Made by a program: the position numbers and the translations under genes
Assembly: GCA_002269645.1 (NCBI GenBank)
Contig: NIVC01002592.1
Location: forward strand, 19,557 to 83,556
Origin: Macrostomum lignano
Lineage: Eukaryota
Reading direction: 5' to 3'
Length of the DNA stretch: 64,000 bases
Notes under the pieces: model-generated
What the model was told of the DNA's origin: nothing
What the model saw: the letters and a program-made list of their open reading frames with translations, nothing else
The model's database searches: none
Shown: in pieces, positions 11,024-22,200 of the stretch
Position numbering within the stretch: position 1 is the stretch's first letter
Layout of the letters: each line of letters begins with the position of its first letter

Positions 11024-13875
11024 GCGAGAGAGCACCAATTACAATTTCGTCAACCGGAAACAGATATACGGAATATGTTTTCTTTTGTTCTAGTTCATCT
11101 TGTAACTTGGGAATTCTTATTGGCGCAAAATATTTGCTCTATAAGTATACTTTATCTATTTTTATATTGATTTTTAGACTTTAATAAGTCTCACTACAAT
11201 TTTGCATTGCTTGTGCTCCGAAAAGATATAGTTTGAGATTTTTTCTATGACAATTATAAAACCTATGCAGAAAAATCAAAACTTTGCATCGCTAATCATG
11301 TGCAAAATGTATCTGAAATAACAAACCACGAGGTCAGGGTAGCTAAAGAAGGACGCGCCCGTGTAACGCTTATCTAATCCCCCCACCCCACCGCTCCCAT
11401 AAAAAGTTCCATCCGCTAACAACTGAATGAGAGGCAACCATTCAACCAGCAAGCTCGACGAATGACAGGGCTCAACTTTGCACCTACAGTGTATTAGAGA
11501 TGTACGTGGAATTGCGCTGGAAGACAGGGGTAGGCCGGGCGCCACCAGACTATGCACTGAGAAATATATGTAGGGGGTGTCCACCAGAAATACATCTAGG
11601 TGCGCCCCCTCTAGGCACCATGACATGTACATGTATAGCATACATGTACCGTGTTTGCACATAAATTTGCCTGCCGCGATGCTTACCCTCCAGGGTGGAT
11701 TTCATGAAGCCGCTTAGACAAATTACAAGTGACAATTGGTGACAATTCCGACAAGTAATGCGTTTCATGAGATTATATGAAAAATCGACAAGTTGCAAGT
11801 AACAGGAGACTATATTTAATTTTCAAGTGCTCTCCTGACCACTTGTAGACATAGACTATACGCTTTTGTGACCAAGCAGTCACTGGAATGCTCTGGAGCA
11901 CATTGGTTCATCCAAGCTTCACTATCAGTTTTTGCGATCGATCAGCGTGATGCATGCATATGTTTAGCGATATTGAGGATGAGGACAATTGGTTGATTGA
12001 ACAAGCTTCCCAAACATACAGGACCGCCCCACTATAAAAAATCAATCTAAAAGAAAGACGGCTTCTTTGTGCTTCATTTAAAATAGGGAAAAATAAGTCA
12101 AAATTCAAATGACTAATAGGGATAAAAACATCTTCGACGAGATTTAGATTTTTGCACATAGACATGGAATTTCGAGCGAGCACTTTCAATAGTTGTCAAG
12201 CGTTTTGTAAAAGCTGTGTCACTTAATTGTCATTTTTCTCACTTGTAGTTTTCTCATGAAATCCACCCCAGACGTTTTTCCCACCACCATGAGGGCGACA
12301 CCGCGGCCTCCTAACCCTGTGTTTTTTCTACCCTGCAATGGCTTCTCGCGTCCCATTATTTGGCCCCCCGCTGCTCGCTCCACAATTCACTAGCTATAGC
12401 TCTCTCCTGTCCCTACAAAGTCAATTTGATCAGCAAACCCGGACAACTGAAATGTATATATATACGTACAAGTAAAATGACGCAATTAATAAATTCTGCT
12501 ATCGACTACCATACAGTATCCGCCTTTTTTAGAGTAAGGGTTGATTGGCCGGTGTCCACGATCAGTATATCGATATATCGGCCTTTGATCCATTGGCATG
12601 GCTATCGGCCCCGCGCCCTGGGCCATACATGTACATGTACGTAACATGTGCATGTTACATATACATAGCTATAGCACTAGCACGGATCCTGCTCGAGAGA
12701 ATTTGTCTATTGCGGTAAACTAAACGTTCAAGGACGACAAGCACGCGTGTGCTTAAGGACACAACAGGACATGCAGAGACTCGATTCTTAGAAAGTTTTA
12801 AGGGCTAGGTTTGCGCAAACTATCTGCTACGAACATAGGAGCTTTTTATTTTTCGGCATGAAAATAGCGATAGCTTTTTCATTGGAAGCTAATGGAAAGC
12901 CCCAATTTTTTATAAGAAACGACGTTTGCTGTACATGTATTCTTTATTATAGTGCTTGGCCAAAGCCTCATTTAGAGCACACGCTTGAATGCATTCTCTC
13001 AATAATATGAGGCTTTTAACATTTTACCAATTCCAGAACCAGAATAGGTTCCGATCTTCCAAAAAACAATATAAATACTATAATTAACTTTGTTGATTTT
13101 TTTACTGCCTTAACAGCCTCCTCACTTTACACAATTGTGATTTTCTTCTTGGCTATTGCCATTCAATACAATGTAATTACAACTTTATAGCACGTAACCC
13201 ATCTAGTTTAAGATACAGAGAGTTAATACATGTACGCTTTGCAAATATAGGATCTGCATATGATCTGCAAATACTAGAACCGGACCAATTAAAAGGCCCA
13301 ATGTAATTCGATCATGTATTTTCCCTAAATTCAGTACTCTAGTATGCATATTACTGTAGTTAGTTTATGTAAACGTACAGCTGTAGAGAAAAAATCAAAC
13401 GAGATTAAAACGCAAAAAGTAGGTGAGAAATATAACACATGAATAGCTGGGCAAAACTAGAAAGGAAGAATATTCCAAAAACAGACAAGGAAAAGAGACA
13501 GTCTAAACGCCCAGGTGTTACTCAAAGGGGAAACCCGTTGCTGTCAAAGTTTAACACAGACGCAAAGAAAAGAATAGAGACGTAAGCATTATTTTAAATA
13601 CATAAAAAAATTTTGCAAATATTTATAGTAGACAGCAACACTTCTTTGCTGGAATAGAATTTTCTTTACAATTTCATCAAGATAAATCGAAATTTAAATT
13701 ATTCAAAATCATCCAAGAATCACTGACAGTGCGACGACCCGCTTTTTATTATTATTAACGTGTCAGTAGAGCACAATCACACAAACATACCGCAAGTAAT
13801 TTCCTAGAATTTTTCTGCAAAAAAGTGGGCTGTGTTAATAGCTGGAGCATTGACTGCATTTTAGCTAATTATAAC

Positions 13876-16800
13876 ATGATTTTGTCTAACAAAGTATTTC
13901 GAAACCGACTTTTTTCTTACAATTCTCTGTCATCTCTGGTAAGTCTAGTCCTGACTTGGTTGGGTCAAGAGAAAACGACATCAATCCTTTTATTGCTATA
14001 TTTTGGCCATGCAGCAATCTAATGTTGGCGATGTTAGTCAACATCCTATCCTAATGTTTATTGATATTTATATGATGACATAAGTATTGGAATAAGAACA
14101 GCCATGGCCCATCCCATTTTTAAGTAGGGGGGCATCAGTAGTACCTGCCCACTACTTTTTAAAAAGTTTTTGATATATTTTTCTTCAAATAAAGTGTTAA
14201 AATTGTTATAATTTTATAATCCATATAAGTATTTGTTACTTTGGATTAGTGGATTAGTGATAGGCTTAGAGTTAGACCCATTTAACCATAGTCAAGAAAA
14301 TGGCCTTTTTCATAGAAAATTCTGGCGCAAAAGGACATTGAATGTGTGCCATACAAGCACATTTTGCCACAACAGTAGGCAGCAAGCAGCAGGGAAGAGG
14401 GGAATCTGGCGCAATATAGTATTAAGACAATTTAAGAAAATTTTTGGCATAATTTGGTCTTGGTGCAAGACAAAACCTTTAAGTAAAAAAATTACATAGG
14501 CTTTTTTAAACTTTGAATGTGAATCTAAATGTCAATTGGGAAATGAATATATATATTTATGTTCCTATATTTTTATAAAAGATTTATGATATACAATGCA
14601 AATAAATTTGGTAGGATTTATTGTTGCCCAAGGTGCAATCAAACTTTTTTGATAAATTTATTCTAATATAGGTATGCCATGATCTTGACTATGGTGAAAG
14701 ACTAAATTATAGATTTTTTGAAAACAAAATCCAAATATACAAAAAAATTGAAATTAAAATCAAAATAATAAAATATTTCTAAATACATTTCTAAATATAA
14801 GCAAAAAGTTAAAATTAAACAATGGGAAAGACCATAAAACTTTTATGAAGAATACCTTATCATCTAATTAATGATCTAATTAGTGCCACATAAATTGACT
14901 AATAAGATTCTATTTATCTAAGGCTTATACTATATCAATCTAGTATCTAATGAAACTTAAAAAAGATAGACATAAATTCAATTCTATTGTGAATTTTATG
15001 TGACATTATAAATTTTTGAAATAAAAAGAAAAGGTTTCCAGTTCATTCGTCTGCCAACAGTTCATCTGCTGAGTAGACAAAACGCCCTTTCCTTTTAAAA
15101 CTGTTTGTCTACTGGGAAATGGGGTGGGGATGAGGAGTGGGATGGGGACTAGGGAGCTGCCTCTGTCTGGACAACTTCTCTGTTCATTAACATTGTTATA
15201 AAGTGCTGTAAGTATAGCCCAGTCTCATCATTTTAACAAACTATTTTACAATCACCTAAAATAAGAAATAATAACAAACTATTTTACAATCGTCTAAAAT
15301 AAGAAAGCTTAACCAAAAACAATGGAATGGAAACTGCTAAAAATTTGATAAAGATAAAAATATTGGCAAATAGTTATTCTCATTCAAACTTTCTCGGATG
15401 CAAAACATCTGTGTCATTTGTAGAAAGTGTGTAAGCACTCGACAGCAAGCTTTGCAATGTGATGATTGCAGTCAATGGCAGCACTGAATATGTGATTCAG
15501 GCATAAGCCAAAAGGAGTATTGTCAAATTCTAGAAGATGACGCTTCATTTAATTGGATTTGCTGCCACTGTAAATGGGAAAAGGTAAGCAAAGTAAAATT
15601 GATCACATTATCGTTTTTCAATCCCTTTTTAAGAAAAGACATATGTATGTGTACGTGTATGTCAGTGAAAAAAATTCGAAATGAAATACATGATAGCAAA
15701 CTTGGTGAGTGCCGACAGCCGCCGCCAATCTACCAGCACTCGCGACCATGCCAGTACTGCTGCGGATCCACGCAGCACTCCATGCTGGTGCTGCCGCGGA
15801 TCCACCTGCAGCTGTCCACGCCGGTGCTGCCCCAGATCGAAATTCCGATGGACTACAGGATCCGACGCCTCTTGTTGAAGTGCAGCTAGAGTTGCAGCAA
15901 GAACATTTTGAGCTAAAACGCGGTATTAGTAAACGCGGTGGTGATCTTCTAGTATCCTCGTTTGGATATCTTCTAGGGCAGAACGGAGGCAAAGCTGGCT
16001 CCAATTATTGGAAGTGCATCGTCCGCAATGAAGACTTGAAGTGCAATGGCTCAGTGAGGCAGACTGCTGATGGTGCTTTCTATGTGAGCTGGCCACACAT
16101 CTGTCATGCTGACAAGGCAGCTGGAATTAAGAGAGAGATGCATTGGGAAGTAAAAAACGAGGCGAAGCGATGCCGATTCGAGCCAGCAGCAGAAATAGCT
16201 GAAGGTGCTTTGATTGCCCACTCTCTGCGCGATGATTTAGGAGTAAATCCTCCAACTGTTGAGCAGCTGGGCAGAAACGCGAATAGATTTCGAGCTGGAA
16301 GTCAGCCCCAGCATCCAAGCGACCTCAAATTTGAACTGCAAGATGCGGCTCTTCCATCCAACTTTCTTAAGTCAGATCTCCGTGTCGCCAGAACACAAAA
16401 GCGCCATCTGCTTTTTGCCACGGACGAGCAGCTTGCAATCCTGACCAACACAGAAACATGGTTTCTAGATGGCACATTCTACGTCGTGAAAAGACCCTTC
16501 ATGCAGCTTTATTCCAGTAAGTTTGGCTACGTGCTGTACAAAGATTGCTGCTTAATGACCCAGCCACTCACCCACTAATTCACTTTCACCCAGCCCAGTC
16601 ACGCACCCACTTAATTCACTTTCACCCAGCCCAGTCACTCACCCACTTAATTCACTTTCACCCAGTCACTCACCCACTTAATTCACTTTCACCCAGTCAC
16701 TCACCCACTTAATTCACTTTCACCCAGTCACTCACCCGCTTAATTCACTTTCACCCAGTCACTCACCCACTTAATTCACTTTCACCCAGTCACTCACCCG

Positions 16801-19227
16801 CTTAATTCACTTTCACCCAGTCACTCACCCACTTAATTCACTTTCACCCAGTCACTCACCCGCTTAATTCACTTTCTTTCACCCAGCCACTCACCCACTT
16901 AATTCACTTTCACCCAGCCCAGTCACGCACCCACTTAATTCACTTTCGCCCAGCCCAGTCACTCACCCACTTAATTCACTTTCACCCAGTCACTCACCCA
17001 CTTAATTCACTTTCACCCAGCCCAGTCACTCACCCACTTAATTCACTTTCTTTCACCCAGCAACTCACCCACTTAATTCACTTTCACCTAGTCACTCACC
17101 CACTTAGTTCACTTTCACTCAGTCACTCACCCACTTAGTTCACTTTCACTCAGTCACTCACCCACTTAATTCACTTTCTTTCACCCAGTCACTCACCCAC
17201 TTAATTAACTGTCACCCATTCACTCACAAAACGTGGTAATTCTCTATCATCCAACTTTTTTATTTTTTCTCGTTTCAGTTCATGGACTTCTTCAGAAGGA
17301 TGGAAAGCAAAAACAAGTGCCTTTGTTCTTTGCACTAATGTCGGGAAAATCGAAGTACGATTACGTAGAAGTTTTGCAACACGTACTTGAGCTGACTGGA
17401 ACGGCACCCTCCAACGCTGTGCTGGATTTTGAGGAAGTCATGTGGGAGGCGCTGCATCATGCCTGCCCCAATGCTCAGCTACAAGGTTGTGCCTTCCACT
17501 TTGCACAAAGTATATTTCGCAAAGTCCAGGAGCTTGGTCTCTCCGCGTCCTACGCAGCAGACGGAGGCACAAGACTTTTCTGCAGAAAGCTGATGGCGCT
17601 AATCCACCTTCCTGCCGAACACATCTACACGGCGTTTAGCGCTCTCGCTGAAGAGGCGAACTCCGAAGCGCTGGTAGCACTCTGCCGCTACGTAGACACG
17701 ACGTGGCTCTCCAGCAGCATATGGAGTCTCAAAGAGCTTTCGGTCTACCGCAAGAGAGAGCGTACCAACAACTCCATCGAAGGATGGCACATGGCCCTCA
17801 ACAGGAGAGCGAGAAAGGGCAACCTATATCTGATGCCTTGGCAGATCTGCTTGCTCAGCAGGCTACCTTGGGGGTTCTTCAAGCCCATCAGTTGCAAACA
17901 TCGGAAAGTGCTGGTAGGCGAGTCAGACCAGTGTACAGGCGGCGTGAGGAGAAAATTAAAGCTGCCTGGCAGGAGTTTGACAACAGTGCTCGCCAGAGGG
18001 CAGACATCATGCGCCTTCTGCGCTTGTGTGCCAGCCTCACAGCCAAATTTGTTAAGTTGCCGCTTGTGCCTAACAACAATTGAACAAATTAATTAATTTT
18101 TATGACTGAACAATCGCAATGTCAATAGTATGTATTAATTAGCACCTTAAAGCATGTCCACACCATCCCCTAAGCTTTCTCGCATTGCGTCACTTTATCA
18201 AAATTCATACAGTCTTACAAAATAAACAATAGCTAGATCCGTTTGTTGAATTGCTCATTCTCAAACATTGCTCTCTGTGTTCATTTGTGTTAATAGGCCT
18301 GGAGGAGCGAGTCAGAACTCTAAATACTTTAGCTATTTGAACTAAGGAATTAGTTCTTGCAGTTTTAATCATAGTTCTGTGAAGTTCAATCGATTGCATA
18401 ATTTACATGTATGCACTCATATTCTTAAACTCTATAGTTGCTATAGCCACTGCGCCACCGTGTTGAGAGCAATGAATGCACAAGGGCGTAACTGTTCAAC
18501 TATTATTAAATCAAGTATAATAACACATTGAAACTATAGTTGTGTTTGACTGTCAGCTAATGTTTAAATAGCTGTATATATTGTTACATATTCATGCGGC
18601 TATATTGCGCAAATAAGAGCTGTACGTAGAATATTTGTAAAATATGTCAAATGAACTTATGATTGTTTTATGTAAAATGCTTCAACTGAAATAAATAATA
18701 CATGTAGCTAGCTAAGTGTAGTCATTTTTGGTAACCGCTTAAACTACAGAAAAATCTACATGTATTTACAGCTTTCATCACAATGTAAATGAGAAACTAA
18801 GTTGAGTGACAAATGTACAGTTGCACTTGCATACTCCCATACACACTCAGCATGTGCATGTATGGAGTTGAAGTGAAACCGAGATCAAGGAATTAGATTG
18901 GGGAAATCTTAGTGGGAAAGTTTTTACAGCCTCAGACTTTCCACTCTCAGCCTCGATCTCCAATCTTCAGTCTCAGCTCAAGCTCTCAGCCTCTCTCCAC
19001 TCTCAGCTTACTCTCAGCCTTTCTCCACTCTCAAGCTCTCTCCAATCTCCACTCTCAGCTCACTCTCAGCCTCTCTCCACTCTTAACCTCTCTCCAATCT
19101 CCTCTCCCATCTTCCTCTCCTCTCTCCTCTCTTTCCTTTCATCTCCTCACCTCTCTCCTCTAATCTCCCTTCCACTCCTCTCCCCTTTCTTCTCTCCTTC
19201 TCTTCTCTCTAGCTCATCTTCTCACTC

Positions 19228-19284
<57 letters not shown>

Positions 19285-22200
19285 TGAGTGAGTGAGTGAG
19301 TGAGTGAGAGAGGGAGAAAAATAAGAGGGAGTGTAACGATCCATGAGTTATCACCACCACTAGTCATAATCAATGCACATAAGGAGAGAAGGGGTGTGAC
19401 GAAAGTTTGACCAAAATAAATCTTTGTTCATTCAAGCTTGAATTGACAGCAACCCACCCACCTTTTGTATTCAGATATTCAACTCAAACAACAGAATGTG
19501 CAATCACAAAAACTAGATACTGCAATAGCTTCTTGACAAATGACAACACCAAACTCAGCAGGGAGCAATTTCTCTGTAGGGTAAAAAATCTGTCTTCAAA
19601 ATAGTATGAGTAGTATGCATGGCAATCAGTTGCCTAGACAACAGTCACCTGTTGCTATAGGCTCCACAATCGGTGACCCGCTGGTGCACCGAGATTTCTC
19701 ACAGGGTAGTAGTACATGTATGTAAATGTACCCTGTAACATGTCTCCTAATACTAAAACTGACGCGATGTTTGTGTGTTGCAAGTGAACTCCTACAATAT
19801 TGGCAAGTCAGCGTCGAAACTTATATGGGAAAACTACAAATTTTCCGGAGCAGGCTTTAGGCTATTTTAATTTAATCATCATTGCAGACTAAATAGATTG
19901 GCTTAGGTGGTCCTTTGCATATAGTCTTAAGGCTAGTTAGTTACATGATTGTAGCAGTAAACTATAGTTGACTTTATAAAGCAAAAATTGATCTGCTATT
20001 ATAAATTGCTCTAGAACAATTTTTAATGTTGCTGAGATTATTAAATTTATAATTCAAGGTATGTTTTCTACAGCAAAATATCACAAGTAAAACAAACTAA
20101 ACTTAAACCAACAAAAAATTAATCACGCAACACACTTTGTAGATAAATGATCCTAATGTGAAACAAAACAATTTACTTATTAAGAAGCTTTCAAATCATC
20201 TATAGCTGTCACATAACGTGTCTCCCCCTCTCTAAACAACTGTTCTCCCTAGTAAACTTGCATTTCGCTCTATATTATAGCCGCGTCTAGGGCATGCATT
20301 TAAAAATTGACAAAGTCCTCAGTAAGCATTTAATGCACGGATGACATATTTTGAAGAGATTCATTTTGAAGAGACCAACTGTCCTTACAGCAGTTTAACA
20401 ATGATAATGAAGAGGTTGTGAGTTGGGCAGCTCCCCACCCCACTCCACATACCCTGGCCCCACCCCCATTTCCTGGCAGACAAACAGTTTTAGAAAGAGA
20501 AAACTTTTTGTCTGCTCAGCAGACGAACTGTCAGCAGACAAAATGACTGGCACCCAAAGAAAAGATTCTAAGTTCTTAAATCTTGTTTATTAACTGACTA
20601 ACTAAGGAATTTAACTAATGTTTATGCAATTTAATAACTTTAAAATAAGTCAATGCATTTGCATTTTGAAAAAAAAATTATGATTACACTTAAGTAATAG
20701 TACCTAAAAATGTTTTTGTGACTAGGTTTAATGCCTCAAAGGTTCCAAAGTTTTGTACCTTTACTTGAAATAACTTTTTAAATATATGTTATTGCAAAAT
20801 TGACAATTGTAAAAATGAACAATATGTTATAAAATTTTATATTTTGGTTTTTAAATTTATTTTCCTATTTCAAAATTTTTGTTTCTTTTACATTTGTATT
20901 TGTTTTATGTTCTAGATTTTTTATATTTAAAAGCACATTTAGAAATATTAAAAAAAAAATTTAAAACATTTTTTTAGAAAAGTGAAATATTTTTTGGATT
21001 TAGAATATTCAAACTAGCAATCTTCGCCTCCCATTGGGGGACATCTATATAGAATCTCTGTTCTCTACAAGTAACAAAAAGATAGCAAAATAAAGCCTTC
21101 AAAGAAAACCGACAAAATACTCAAATGAAGTGCAATGCAAAAAGAAATCATCCCAAGACAGCAAGCATCCCTCGAATAGCAAGCATCCCCCAGATAGCAA
21201 GCATTCCCCAGATAGCAAGAATAAGCCAAATAAGCAAGGGACAAATTGAAATGGTTTTCCTAAATTTTCCTATTGTTACATATTAAACATATCACTTTTT
21301 AAAGTGGGAAGGCAGCAATGATAGTTGCCCATTCCTTATTTTTAAAACATTCTGATATCTATCCACTAAAAGCAGGCAATCTTAGCAATTTAGTAACATT
21401 TTAGTAATTCTTGAGATATTCCTACAATATTCTATTTTATCTCTTTTAATCCCAGACTGCTATCATACTCTTAGCAGCCTATAGTTATCCCCTTTGCAGT
21501 CTAAAGCCTTTATTAACATTAAGAATTTATCCCTTTAACAGCCTAAAATTTTCTTCTTAGCAAACCACAATAATTCACTTAGTAACTCATTAATCCCTCA
21601 TAAACCTGCATTTAATCTTCCATTATTACTATCCACTCAAAACTATAGTTATCCTCCTTAAAAGTCTGTCATTATCCTCAAAATAGTCTATAGTTATCCC
21701 TCAGCAGTTGGTAGCTATGCATTCATAGGTATAGAGGAACTGCCTTAGCATTTTGCAGTTTGCCCCTTATTCAAGCCCCTTATTTGCCCCTTATTCATTC
21801 CCCCCAGTTTATTCAAACCTGGGACCTTATGCCTAGCCTAAACTATTCCCAGTGCCTACAATAAGGCTATTCCACCTATTGATTTGAGGGCAAGAAAATT
21901 AGCCATATATGCTATGGCACAGCAATCAAGTATATAATAGTAATAGATTACTTTTGCATACACAGGTTGTGTGTAGGCAGAAGCAATGCATAGTTGAATG
22001 AAATCTATAAATAGCAATTTTCTATGCAGTCTACTAGTCAGCCAAGGTCAGAATATACACATGCAGCTACTGAGTATTTTCTTTCCCTTGCACACTACAG
22101 CTAGTATTGAGGCCTACACAATGAAAAGGAAAAAGTTATATTGAAATCTTAATTGGAGTTGCAATTCAGTCAATCAAGTTTCTTACAATGCATTTTAAGT

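Larger units (their letters stand above)
15034..20555 (+). mobile_element. Mutator-like (MULE) DNA transposon inside PMPCB intron 1
   Basis: Perfect 9-bp TSD AAAGAAAAG (15025-15033 and 20556-20564); decayed TIRs of about 150 bp (15034-~15185 and ~20410-20555); internal FLYWCH plus MULE DDE transposase. Confidence 0.85.
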
